From the human T2T-CHM13v2.0 reference genome, Homo sapiens: DNA of 64,000 nt. Numbering within the stretch: the first letter of the stretch is position 1; every line of letters begins with the position of its first letter. The DNA lies in the NCBI RefSeq assembly GCF_009914755.1, contig NC_060925.1; one strand, given 5' to 3'. Below the pieces are notes generated by a model. It searched no databases. It saw only the letters and a program-made list of their open reading frames with translations, and had not been told where the DNA came from. This document shows, piece after piece, positions 40,615 through 54,603 of the stretch. The translations under genes were made by a program, and so were the position numbers.

Positions 40615-42160
40615 AAAGTAAACAAAACTTATGATTTATTCTCAGCCCTGCCAGCAAAGGCTGTGTGGAGAGCCTAGACTTGAACTCTGCTCCACTAGTG
40701 AGATCCCTAGCACTCTGGCCAAGCTGGTGCCAGAGAAGCAGAGGAAGGAGCTCAGACCTTCATCATTGTCAGGCACTAACAAGTGATACCCTTGTCACCT
40801 TTCTCCAACAGTGTCAGTGGAGTTCTCGTCGGGAGCCTGGGCATCCACACCCACCTGGCAGTAATAAGAATGGTGGCACAGGAGGCCTGCTGAAAATGGG
40901 ATGTAAATATGATTCTACATCTTAACCCACAATACTCGAAATACCCAGGCTTCAATGGAAAATCACTTACTACACCAAGAATCAGGAAGATCTCAAGCAG
41001 ATTGTAAAAAGGTAATCAGTAGATGACAACAGTGAGATGGCACTGATGTTAGAATAATCAGACCATGATTTTAAAGTGGCCATAGCTGCTTTAAAGCATA
41101 AAAATGTTTTAAATACCCATGAAAAACGTATCTATCATTCATTCATTCACTTAAAATTTTGGAGTGCTTACTATGTCGTAGGTACTCTGCTATGAAATAC
41201 AAAGGTGAATAAGACAGGCTATGATCTCAAGAGCATAAAAATGCTTTAAAGGACAGAAATGCTTCAATGAGCAATTATGAAACGATTAAATTGAGTGAAA
41301 AGGAATGAAAATAAACACATGAAAAGAAAGAGAAGCTATGGAAAAGAAGCACTTGAACATTTTATAACAAAATACGATAACTGGGAATAAAAAGTTGGTG
41401 AACTCTAAATAAAGCAGTATAAAAAAATCACCACACAGCGTGATCATCTATCTTTATTTCTATGAGTCTGTTTTATATTATATGAGGATTAAAATGAAAT
41501 ATATTTTTTTCTTTCCCTCTGTCCTTCTCTGTCTCTGTTTCTTTCATGTTTAAATTACCTCATCTGAAAGTGGTTTTAGCTGGTTTCTTTACTAGAATAC
41601 TGTTGGGAAAAGATACAATGTTTCTCCTTCATAGTGTGTTTAACAAGATAATAAATCAAAATTATTGGATAAGAAAATAAATTGCCTGTTACACTGTCCA
41701 TTCTAACTCCCATAAATTGCATTTGATTATGAAATATACTTTATAACATTCTGGATACAACTAATTGTATAAATATATTCATTTCACTGACATTGAGAGA
41801 TGATAATATAAATTGTCTTCTCAAGTGTTGCTTAACTTGTTTAGTCGAAATTTACCTTTTAAAATTTGTAACTATTGTCACCTGACCTCTGACCTCTGAA
41901 TTTTTCAAACAAGGATAAATAAAATTTGCTGATTTATTGTGATTCAAAGGATAAGAAACCATTCAATTTCTGCTACAAATATTTCAATAGCAACTTTGAA
42001 GAATAATCAGAGAGTTTTTTTAACTGCTTAGTTTTTAAAATTTGCTAGCCTTTTAGAATTATACAACTGATTAAGTATAAGTCATGCCTCATGAGTATAT
42101 GGATAATGAAAGTTTACCCATATTTGTGGAATAAAGGAAGAATTCTCAGAGGAAGTAGGA

Positions 42161-42164
<4 letters not shown>

Positions 42165-42205
<41 letters not shown>
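42165..42205. repeat. (GT)20 microsatellite
   Basis: Direct read. Confidence 0.97.
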
Positions 42206-42206
<1 letters not shown>

Positions 42207-42405
42207 ATTTATATATATTTTTAAAACATGTTTTTTTTTTTTTTACAAAAACTTAGAAAATCAGACTAAATTAGATGATAAATACTTTTCTACATCTCTG
42301 TATTCTCACTCCGACATTCTTGGTTGAACTCTAACCATTTCATCTGGAGTGTAGACAGAATTATTCTTCATAAGCTCCACATCATATTTCATGAAGTGAA
42401 TATAC

Positions 42406-43007
42406 CATAATATTTTCAGTTATTTTCCGGTAGATGTGTATTCTTTTTTAAAGTTCTTTACTAATATAGACAATACTTCAATAAACATCTTTGTATATGA
42501 ACATATGTGTCTTAGTCTGCAAGGGCTTCTGTAACAAAATACCATGGATTGAGTTGCTTTTAAACAAAATAGATTTATTTGTCACTGTTCTGGAGGCTGG
42601 GAATCCCAGATGAAATATCTGCAGGTTTGGTTGTGCCTGAGGCTTCTCTTGCTTGTAGATGGTTGTCTTCTTGCTATGTCTTTATATGCCCTCCTCAACC
42701 TGTGATCATAGCCCTGGTCTCTTTCTTTTCTTGTAAGAGCCCAGTCATATTGGATTAGGGCCCCACTCTTATGACCACATTTGCGTTAATTACCTCTTTA
42801 GAGGCCCTACCTCCAAATATAGTCACATGCTGGGGATTAGGCCTTCAGCATAAGAATTCTGAAATAACATACTTCAGTCCATAGCAATAGACCTTTCTCA
42901 ATCATTGTCTTTATCCCTGTGGAGTAGGTTCCTTGAAGTAACATTTCTGCTTCATATGTGAAATTTTATGTTTAATTTTAATAGATAGATGCTGCTTTTC
43001 AATAAGG
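42406..43007 (+). repeat. Direct duplication copy B: MLT1A LTR (~42508-42886, minus) embedded in old reverse L1M sequence
   Basis: cataatattttcag...cttagtctgcaagggcttctgtaacaaaataccat...cttcagtccatagca...gtaacatttctgcttca. Confidence 0.92.
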
Positions 43008-43439
43008 TGGTAAAATTCATCTTTTTGGTCAGCAAATTTTCTTCATATCTCTACCAGGCATAGGTGAAAAATTCTTTTTATTTTGTTTTCATTCAAAGGG
43101 GATGATATACCTCATTAATGATTTAGTATTTATTATCCTCATGAGACTAAACTTAAGATTCTTTATATGTATTTATTGGATATTGAGATTTGATCCCTAT
43201 GGAGTCCTTATTGTTATCTTTTGTTCAATTTTAATTGGACTGGGAGCATTTGTTTCTGTTTCTTGCAAACTTGGAATTACTTTGCATATTAGAGATAATA
43301 ATGATGATAAATTATTCATTATATTTTTTTTTTCTGGAGTCAATAATGTAGTTTCCCAAATAGTTTTTTGAGATTCGAGGTTTGTTTGTGAGGTGTTCAT
43401 GAGAAGTATTGAACAAGTATTTCCAGTTCCCATTAGAAT

Positions 43440-43745
43440 TGAACTTTACTTCCCACTTTCATTTCTTTAAAGTTAGGCATTGGCATGTGACTTGTTTTGG
43501 GAAATAAACTGTGAGCAGAAAAGGCAGGTCTGATTCCTGGGAGAAAGTATTTAGAGCTAGTGTACTACAAAAGCCAGCATCATCTATGATGATAATTTTC
43601 ACATAAGCTTTGGTGTCAGGGTGATAAGAACCACAGACAGCTTAGGATGGATGTACAATGTGATGAGATATACGCCTTTATTTTTATAACCATTAAGTTT
43701 TTGCAATTTTTATAGCAGCACAATCTAGCCTATCTGAATTAATAG
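43440..43745 (+). mobile_element. Old MaLR LTR (MLT1H/I/J-like)
   Basis: 'aagttaggcattggcatgtgacttgttttgg...gtgagcagaa...tagcagcacaatctagcctatctga'. Confidence 0.65.
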
Positions 43746-44379
43746 AGTTAGCAACATTCTTCCAAACTCTAGTTTACACTGGATTTAGATATTCTTAAAA
43801 ACATTTTTATATGATTTTAAATAAATAAAACACTTTAAAATATTTCAAATTTATTTTTATAAATAAGGTAGACATAGAGATCTGACTTCATTTTATTCCA
43901 TTTGTACAATCTGCTGTAACAGCAATAAGTAATTCATTCTCTCCCATTAAACTTCTGCTTTTATCATCCATAAAGTTCTCATAAATACTGCTTTCTCATT
44001 CTGGATTCTATATTCAGTTAAGTGAAATGATAAATTATTCTGGTCCTACACCAATACAAATTGATCTGTGGTTTTATCCTATGTCCTAACATACTATAAA
44101 TTTTTATACAGCCTGATATCCATCTGTTCTTATTTTTTTCAAAATTTTGGCTTTTATCAATTTATGTATTATTTTACTTTTTGAGTATTTATTCTCTTAT
44201 ATAAAACTTACATAATTTTATATAAATCCAAGAAAATATACAATAAATATCCCTATTAGGTTTCAACTTTCCACTATGGTGTAGTAATAAGAACTGGATT
44301 TCTCTTCCCATCATAAATAACTAGAATATTGTACCAAATACTTAAAATCATTATTATTAAACATTAGTAAGTCAAAAGT

Positions 44380-44675
44380 AGAGGCAAGTAGAATTCAATA
44401 AATCTTCAATTAATCTAAAAGAAGGCATAAAAAAGAAAAGCAAGTAGCAAAGAACACATGGAGAAAAGAGAAAACAAAGATGATAGACTTGAATCCACCC
44501 ATATTAATAAATTACACTAAAAATGTGTGGTCAAACATGTCATTTAAAAGGCATGGACGGCTAGGTTGTATATATATTAAAGAAAAGAACAAACTATATA
44601 CTTTCTACAAGAAACCCAATTTAAATAAAATGCACATATCGGTTAAAAATAAAAGGAGAAAAATCATACTCATTG
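44380..44675 (+). mobile_element. Ancient L1M inter-ORF / ORF2 N-terminal remnant
   Basis: 'aagatgatagacttgaatccacccatattaataaattacactaa' resembles the L1 ORF2 start. Confidence 0.6.
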
Positions 44676-45030
44676 TATATCAATGAAAGCCAATGAAGAG
44701 ACAGCAGAGAATAATTTGAACATGGAGAGTTTACCTTAAAGAATTATTAGCTCTAACACAGAATTGGAATAATGAGGGATTAGCTAATCAGAAGCAAATA
44801 GAACTCTAGAGAATACATGAATAGCAGATAAAAGGAGCAGCTGCCATCTACAGGGCTGAGAAAGAGTGCACAAGAAAGAAAGAAACTCTTTCTCCCAGAA
44901 GTTGGATTCAGACTTTGTAGGAGGGAGCACAGCCATGATTCAATCCATATCAGAGTAATTGTGGAGATGCAGCAGAAGAACATTTTGGAAATTTGACCTC
45001 TGAATCTTGCTGGAAATTCACCTTCTAAGG

Positions 45031-45254
45031 CAAGGGTTGCAGACTTTCCATAAAGGGCCATAAAATAAGTATTTTAGGCCTTGTGGACCACCATACAATC
45101 TCTGTCACCATTTCTCAATTCTACAATTGTAGTGTGAAAGTTGGCAGTACAACTAACTAAAGAAAAGGGTATGGCTAGGTTCCAATAAAACTTTATTTGC
45201 AAAAACACCTGATAGCCTAGATTTGGCATACCAGCTCTAGTCTTCTAATAACTG
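45031..45254. mobile_element. MER58A DNA transposon
   Basis: 'taaagggccataaaataagtattttaggccttgtgg...ttccaataaaactttatttgcaaaaaca'. Confidence 0.85.
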
Positions 45255-45561
45255 CTCTAGAGTATGGGGGAATTATCTTCAAAGGATGTTCTCACTGAAG
45301 GCACTCTGCTCTAGAACATCCTGCTGGAAGCTGTTGGCTCCTGGACACCACAGGGCCCGGTGCCAGAAAAGCCCACCTCGCAACAGGGGTTGGTTACCAG
45401 GAAAGCTGTGTATGCTCCAGAAACAATTTATTTTTCCAATTTAACTTTGCCAAATTAGGAAAAAATTCCATTAGGATTCCAACTTAAGAATTTACAATAT
45501 CTGGTTATTTTATTTCTATGAAATGTCTCTCAGGGCCTACGTTTATCAAGAAACCATTATC

Positions 45562-45878
<317 letters not shown>

Positions 45879-46019
45879 TCATATTGGTCCTGCTTATTTC
45901 CTGACAAATTTATTTTTAATATATCATTTTGTATTATTCTAACTTTAAACAGACTGTTATTGCCATAATATGCCCAATAAATACTGAATGCAAATGATTG
46001 TTTTGCCTTTTTAAAAAAA

Positions 46020-46137
46020 TTTTAACTTTTTATTTGTAGAGACAGATTCTCACTGTGTTGTCCCTGCTGGTCTTGAACTCCTGGACTCAACAGATCCTTC
46101 TGCCTCAGCCTCCAGAGTACTGGGACTACAGGTGTGT
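46020..46137 (-). mobile_element. FLAM / Alu left-monomer fragment
   Basis: 'tttgtagagacagattctcactgtgttg...ctggtcttgaactcctggactcaa...ctgggactacaggtgtg'. Confidence 0.8.
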
Positions 46138-47634
46138 GTTCCTGCTTAGTTTTGTTTTGCCTTGTTTAATTTTTATTAATAATTTGATCTTATTTTTTAA
46201 TTACCAGAGTTTCAAATGGTGGAGTTGTAATCCCTCTCATATTTATTAAAATATAAAGTGGAATCTGAAAATATCTATCTACCTATTATCTATCTATCTG
46301 TTTATCTAAAATAAACTATCATTCTATTCCTAATTTACTATTTTTCCTTTTCAAAAATTTCAATTATTTTTGGGGTGCAGACGGTTTTTGGTTACATGGA
46401 TGAGTTCTATCGCATTGAATTCTGAAATTTTAGTGCACCCATCACCCAAGTAGTATACACCATACCCAGTATATAGTCTTTTATCCCTCATTCCTCTCCC
46501 AACCTCCCTCACTGAATCCCCAAAATCTGTTATATCACTCTGAACATCTTTTTGTCATCCTAGCTTAATCCCCACTTATAAGTGAGAACATATGGTATTT
46601 AGTTTTCCATTCCAGAGTTATTACCCCTAAAATAATGGCCTCCAGCTCCATCCAAGTTGCTGCAAAATATATTATTTTGTTCCTTTTTATGACTGAGTAG
46701 TATTTCATGGTGTATGTTTACTATGTTTTCTTTATTCATTCAATGGTTGATGGACAATTAGGTTGGTTCCACATCTGCAATAGCAAATTATACGGCTATA
46801 AACATGTGTGTAATATGTCTTTTTCATATAATAACTTCTTTTTCTTTCAGTGGATACCCAGTAGTGGGATTGCGGGATCAAATTGCAGTTCTGCTTTTAT
46901 TTAAGGAATCTCCATACTATTTTCCATACCGGTTGTAATAGTTTACATTCCCACCAGCAGTGTAAAAGTGTTTCCTTTTCACTACACTCACACCAACATT
47001 TATTGTTTTCTGACTTATAAATTATGGCCATTCTTGCAGGAGTAAGGTGGTCTCTCATTGTGGTTTTAATTTGCATTTCGCTTATGATAAGTGATGTTGA
47101 ACATTATTTTCTATGTTTGTTGGCTGTTTGTATATCTTGTGAGAAATGTCTATTCGTGTCCATTGTCCACTTTTTGATGGGATTTTTTTTCTTGCTGATT
47201 TGTTTCTTGTAGATTCTGGATACTAGCCCTTTGTCCAATGCGTAGTTTGCAAATATTTCCCCCGACTCTGTGAGTTGTCTGTTTACTCTGCTGATTATTT
47301 CTTTTGCGGTGCAGAAGCTTTTTAAATTAGGTCTCATTTATTTATTTATTTATTTGCTGCATTTTCTTTTGGGGTCTTAGTTATGAATGCTTTGCTGAGG
47401 CCAATGTCCAAAAAAATCTTTCCCAATGCTATCTTCTAGAATTTTTATGATTTCAGGTCTTAGATTTAAGTCACTGATCCATCTTGAGTTGATTTTTGTA
47501 GAAAATGGGAGATGGGTATCCAGTTTTATTCTTTGACTTGTGGTATGCCAGTTTTCCCAGCAACATTTATTTAATAGGATGTCCTTTCTCCACTTTATGT
47601 TTTTGCATGCTTTTTAAAGATCAATTGGCTGTAA

Positions 47635-48045
<411 letters not shown>

Positions 48046-49014
48046 TAGTATAATTAGAAGTCTGATAATGCAATGCCTCCAGATTTGTTCTTTTTGCTTA
48101 GTATTGCCTTGGCTATGCTGGCTCTTTTTTGGTACGATATGAGTTTTAGGATTGTTTTTCTCTAGTTCTGTGAAAAATGATGATGGCATCTGGATGGAAT
48201 TGCATTGAATCTGTAGATTAATTTGGGCAGTATGGTCATTTTCACAATATTGATTCTTCCTATCAATGAGCATGGGATATGTTTCCAGTTGTTTGTGTAA
48301 ACTATGATTTCTTTTGGCAGTGTTTTGTAGTTTTCCTTGTAGAAGTCTTTCACCTCCTTGGTTGAGTATATGCTTAAGTTTTGGTTTTGGTTTTGTTTTT
48401 TTTGCAGCTGTTTGAATTTTTGATTTGCATCTCAGCTTGGTCGTTGGTGTATAGCAGTGCTACTGATTTGTGTACATTGGTTTTGTAACTAGAGACTTTG
48501 CTGAATTCATTCATCAGATCTAGGAGCCTTTTGGATGAATCTTTAGGGTTTTCTAGGTATATGATCATATCATTGGCAAACAGTGACAGTTTGACTTCCT
48601 CTTTTCCAGTTTGACTGCCCTTTATTTCTTTCTCTTGCCTGATTACTTTGGCTAGGACTTCCAGTACTATGTGGAATAGAAATGGTAAAAGTGGGCATCC
48701 TTGTCTTGTTCCATTTCTCAGGGGGAATGCTTTCAACTTTTCCCCATTCAGTATGATATTGGTTGTGGGTTTGTCATACATGGCTTTTATTACTTTGAGG
48801 TAAGCACCTTCTAGGCCTAGTTTCTTGAGGGTTTTTTTTTTATCATAAATGATGCTGGATTTTATCAAATGCTTTTAATGCATCTGTTGAGATGATCATA
48901 TAGTTTTTGTTTTTAATTGTTTATGTGATGTATCACATTTATTGACCTGCATATGTTAAACTATCTCTGCAACTCTGGGATGCAATCCACTTGATCATGA
49001 TGTGTTATCTTTTT

Positions 49015-49076
49015 TTTTTTTTTTTTTTTTTTTTTTGAGACAGAGTCTCACTCTGTTGCCAGGCTGGAGTAGAGTG
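49015..49076 (-). mobile_element. Severely 5'-truncated Alu (40-nt body plus poly-A), nested in L1PB
   Basis: T-run then gagacagagtctcactctgttgccaggctggagtagagtg; perfect 16-bp TSD gatgtgttatcttttt at 48999-49014 and 49077-49092. Confidence 0.92.
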
Positions 49077-50551
49077 GATGTGTTATCTTTTTGATGTACT
49101 GTTAGATTTGGTTACTAATTTACCATTTATTATACAAGAATGGATATTCAGTTTTAGAAAATGCCCTTTTTGCATCAATTAAGATGATTATTTTTTCTCC
49201 TTCAAACTATGTAAATGAATTTAAAGGGACAAAATCACCATTAAGTTATATGTACAAAATGTTAATGGCCAATAATTACTTTTGTTTTAAAAATACACAA
49301 TTTTAGAAGCGTCATTTATATTTTGACATATAGATCATGTGGATATGTGCTTATGTTATAGTTTATTTTCCACAAGTTACATAATTCTGGACTTATTCTG
49401 AAAATTATTATGTGAACAGCAAATTAGTATTATAAACAAACATATACTTTTCTTAATATTTAAAAGTCAGTTACATTTTCTTTCATCTTATTTAAAAATT
49501 TTTAAGTTCATAAGATGTACTTCAGATATAAATGAAAAAATAATTAAAATGATTAATTTCTCTATCAGTGATGAACAAAAGTCACAATGTCTACATTCAG
49601 CATCTATCATGTTTTCTATTAGTTAGCTTTTCAGAGCCAGTTTTCTTAAGATTTATATTCTGCTTCTGTGCAAACATAATCATCAAAGAGAGTGTAATGA
49701 GACATCATCAATTTAATTTAAATTTTCAAAAGTGCCAAGTTGATTGATCTTTTAAAGTGCCACAGGGATCTTGAAGGTAAACATCTTTTTCAGCATTATT
49801 AGTTTAAATCGGTGGTACAGTGGATCCTATGAGAGTATTATGAACACTGAATCTTACATAAAATTTTATATGCCAGTGCACTAAATTATAACATATGCTT
49901 GAAAGACTAACATTTAATTAGCACAGCCATGCAGGAAAATTAGGGAGTCAATATAATAATTTCACAAGAGGTCTTTAAACTGTTTTGAATTATATAATTT
50001 TAAAATATCATATCTTCTCACAAACTAATAAAAGCTCATGTTGCTAAGGTCTCAATTAGGTAACATACAATTTAAAGAAGTTTGATTGTGTATCAGAGTA
50101 CATCATATAGATTCAACTGTGTAATAGTCAAGCTTCTTCCTGATCATCAAGATATTGGTAAATCATATTGGTACCAAAATTGAACGTGTTTCTTTGACTG
50201 TTTTGGGTCCATAAATTTCCTTCTTGACATCAAATGCTCCACATGGGCAGCAGTTTAAATAGCTGACAAGTATGTTCAGTAGAATTAATAGATGTCTCCA
50301 TATAGAATATGTAAAAGCTTACTACATCTTTGCATCTTTTTTTAGGCTGCTAAGGGAAAAACCGAAACACATACTCTATGTAGCTTTCTAGAAATATAAT
50401 TTAAAAAATTATTAATGTAAGAAAAATATTCTTGAAACCAAGTCAAACTTTAAAACACAACGGTTGGATCAGTAAAGTTGCAAGAGGGTTGGAAGGGAAA
50501 CAACCCCAGTTATTTTAGCTGAGTTAATTCATTGTAAATAATCATTAAATA

Positions 50552-50860
50552 GGCCGGGCATGGTGGCTCACGCCTGTAATCCCAGCACTTTGGGAGGCCA
50601 AGGTGGGCAGATCACAAGGTAAAGAGATCAAGACCATCCTGGCTAACACGGTGAAACCCGTCTGTACTAAAAATACAAAAACGTTAGCCAGGCGTGGTGG
50701 CGGGTGACTGTAGTCCCAGATACTAGGGAGGCTGAGGCAGAAGAATGGCATGAACACAGGAGGCAGAACTTGCAGTGAGCCGAGATGGTGCCACTGCACT
50801 CTAGCCTGGGCGACAAAGCGAGACTCCATCTCAAAAAAAAGAAAACAAACAAACAAAAAG
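50552..50860 (+). mobile_element. AluY
   Basis: 'gagatcaagaccatcctggctaacacggtg', 'gaatggcatgaac'; TSD aatcattaaata at 50540-50551 and 50861-50872. Confidence 0.93.
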
Positions 50861-52154
50861 AATCATTAAATAGATATAGAAAAATTAAAAAGAAAAAAAT
50901 GGAACACAGCAATATTACAAGAGTTGAAACAATGGGAAGCCGTTACCAAGGGGTGTGGTGAATTACTGATGCTTTAAAGCCTGAGAGAGGGATCCCTTGA
51001 CCTGGGACGTAGGCCTTGCCAGCCAGGGCCCCAGCCAACTGGCACTGTCATCTCTGAGAATGCACATAAGGGTGGTTTTGTAATTGTTTGAAAACTGAAA
51101 ACAGCAAAAAACTACTGCTGAAAAAAAAAGTGACAAAGGCAATACTGACAGGAAGGAAAGAGAAAACAAACAAAGAAGGACAGAAAAGGAAGCAAACAGG
51201 AAGACTGTGTGTTCCTTCCTTCCCCATGTTTCCAGCCTCCTGAGTATTCTCTATTGTTACAGCCCAAGAGAGTCAGTTGGCAAAGGAAATTGTGGTTTGC
51301 AGTCACGATCCCCTTATTGCAAACCTGATAATATGGAAGAACAGGTTTGAAACTGGGACAATATTTAACAATTTGCACATTAGTGTAAAAAATTTAATAT
51401 CTTTAAAGTCAAGAGAAAACTTTAAAACATCTCTTTATAAAGGCTTTTCTGTTGCTATCTTCTCTTTTTCAACTTAGCATGAGGGTACCTCTAAGAAATT
51501 TTGTTTGAGTGCATAGTTACAGATTTCATTGCAATGTTCCCTTTTACCTATAGGTGAACATTTTCTCTCACTTTGTGTGTTGGCAGTTATTTGATATAAT
51601 CAAAACAATTCTCTTATTTTCTATTTACTTATTTTCAATTATGATGTTCACATTTCCATATTGGAGTATTTAATTTACCTATACTATTTCAGTTTGGTGT
51701 GAGGCAGACATACAATTTTATGTATTACCTCCCCACCCGTGTGAATGGGCAAGTATCTCAGAATAACATACTGAATAACCCATACTTTCCTCTCCACTTC
51801 CCAATGCCACTTCTGACATATATGAAGAACTCGAATAGCTGTAGGTATGTTCGAAGCAGTTTATTCTGTTTGTTTGGTCAACCTCTATTCTTGGTTTTTA
51901 AATTTTTCCACAAGATATTTAGGATAAATCTTACAAGATTTTTGAAGAAAATGCAATTGTAATTTTGGATTAATTTCAAATTAATTTGTGAATTATCTTG
52001 TTTTATGATTTTTAGTCTTCCTCTGCGTATATTTCTTAGATCTTATTCTATTCTTTTTCTGCAGCAATCTTAACAATATCAATGCATATTTATTAGCTTT
52101 GCTCCTTGGTGTATTGTGTCTTTTGTTGTTATTACAAATGTCATTTTTAAATAA

Positions 52155-52800
52155 GCGTTTCTTTCTATAACAGCTTTAGATTTATAAAAGAGTGGAGAAG
52201 ATAATACAAAGAGTCCCTAAAGAGCACCCCCATTTTTAGTATCTTACATAACGATGGTACATCAATCACAACTAACAAAACTATTTTTAACATATTATCA
52301 TTAGCTAGGTTCTAGACATTATTCAGATTGTATTAATTTTTCCTAAAGTTATTTTTCTCCTCCAGGATCATACTACGCTGCATTTAATCCTTATGACTCC
52401 CTAGCCTTCTCTGGTTGGTTTCTCAGACATTCCTTATTTTTGATGACTTTAAAAGTTTTGAGAAGTACTAATCAGGTATTCTTAGAATGTTTCTCAATTG
52501 AGAGTTTTCTGATGCTTTTCTAATGATTAAACCACAGTTATGGTTTTTTGAGTGGATGGCCATAAAGTGCCATTTTCACCATATCATATCAAGGATATGT
52601 GCTATCAACATGATTGTTGATATTCACCTATATGCTATCAACATAACTCCTGATATTATTGATACTCACCTTGATCATGTGGTTTGAGTTAATGTTTGCC
52701 AAGTTTCTTCAAGGCAAGGTTATTCTTTTTTATTTCACTCTTTCCATAAAGTACTCTATGGAAGGAAATCACTATACTCAACATTTGTTCAAGGAGTCAC
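52155..52800 (-). mobile_element. L1MC4-like 3' end
   Basis: 'cagacattccttattttgatgacttt...agtgccattttcaccatatcatatcaagg...ggaaggaaatcacta'; homologous to 58715-59810. Confidence 0.75.
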
Positions 52801-53384
52801 TTATAATGATATTGTTTAAAATTGCAGTTTATACTATTTTTGTGGTAGATAGAAATACTTTTGATTCTACATATTGATCTTTGTACTCAGATACTGTCTT
52901 TAATTTTTCTGTAATTCCAGTAGCTTGTGGACTCTCTTTTACTTTCTAGGTAGACAATTGCATTCTCCAAAATGTGTCCAGATTTATTTCTTTCTACTTC
53001 CAATCATTATACTTTGATTTTTTTTCTCTCATGTCCTACTTGACTGGCTTTGTCTCTTAGTAAAATGTTGATTTTTTTTTTGTATTTTTTGCATCAAAAT
53101 TGAATAACTCTAATGTTTCACAGCACAGTATTTGCTTAGTATTTTAATGATATTTTATCAGTATATGAAAGATTATATTGTCTACAAAATTTCCCCCATT
53201 AGCTCTTTTAAATAGATATGTCTGTATGCCTGCCAAATTTTAATAAATAATATACTATCATTATTTAAATGACCACATTTGCTTTCTCCTTTAATGTACT
53301 AATGTAGTGATACAGAACAAATGTTTCTTCAATATTTAGCTATAATGTGTTTCTGGGACATATATTGTTTATAATGGCCATGCA

Positions 53385-53385
<1 letters not shown>

Positions 53386-53436
<51 letters not shown>
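53386..53436. repeat. (TG)20(TA)n compound microsatellite
   Basis: Direct read. Confidence 0.97.
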
Positions 53437-54603
53437 TTCTGTATGTATATGTGTATACATGTGTTCATGGCTTCAAAAATAATATCTTCTTTAAAATAAT
53501 TGCATCTATTTCAAAACCGAAATTGATCAATAATTTTTTATTTTTCAACTTCTTGAGTTTTTCCATGTTTCAGTAGCCTTCTAAAATGCACCTTCCCCTC
53601 ATTTTCCCATCTCTAAAGCTGTTGGTTTAATGCAGACCACGTTAATGCTTTTAAAGCTGGTAAAACTGTGCATCACTTTAAAACATTTGAAAATTGAGAA
53701 AATTTTACATCACCTAACCTAGTGCTTTTATTCTACATGTATATTCTAAATTTGGAATTTAATTTCATAATTTTTTCAAGTCCGTTCAGTGTTCTCATGT
53801 TTCTTCAATTTCTTATGCTAGTCTACTTTTTAAAAAACTGTCTCATTCACCCATATTTTTAAAAATATTGTTGTAAAAGTTTTCATGCTATTCTACTATG
53901 ATCTTGCATATTTTTAATATATGACTTTGTTGTTTTTTTCTTTCCTATTTCATAATTTTCATGAAAATAAAGATTTTTGTCTTGTTTACTGACACATCCC
54001 AATGCTGAGCAGTCCCTGACACATATAGTAAATTTTTCATCTATATTTGTTAAATGAATAAATAAGCCATATTATAATATAAAAGGTAAGGACGTGGGTT
54101 CTGCAATGTAAAAGATATGGATTTGAACAAGTATTTTTATTTTCTAGTGATACGATGTGATGCCAATTGCTTAATCTCTTTGAAAACATAATTAATTTTG
54201 ATCATTATTATTATTAAACAGTTGCTAAATATATAATGATGAATAAAATATGGCCCTCACTCTAAAGAAATGATAATCTCTCCTAAGATATTGAAGAATA
54301 AGCATATTACTAATTGCAATGTGATAGGTGCTATAAATAGTTATACATACAATGTTTGCATCTATTTTTATTAGTTGTTATAATGAGAAATATTTTGGAA
54401 AGCTTCAGATACAATTCTTCCCTTATGGTGCTCTCTTCAACATGAAACAGACTGCATTTCTCTGGGTTTTCAAATGGATAGGAAATCTCAAGACCAGTTT
54501 TAGCCATACGTCATTTCAGAATAAGTGAATGGTGATTATTTCCACTCCAACCCTCAAAAAGTAGTAAAATACTGTTACATAAAATTTGTTTGATCTGAGC
54601 TCC

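Larger units (their letters stand above)
39630..41400 (+). mobile_element. Old L1M 5' UTR/ORF1 region, interrupted by a 610-bp duplicated segment, a (CA)n repeat and an L2 fragment
   Basis: 'acagctaaaaaccctggacatcatatataaaacaa', 'accaagaatcaggaagatctcaa', 'gatgttagaataatcagac...aaatgcttcaatgagcaattatgaa' are L1M 5'/ORF1 motifs. Confidence 0.65.
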
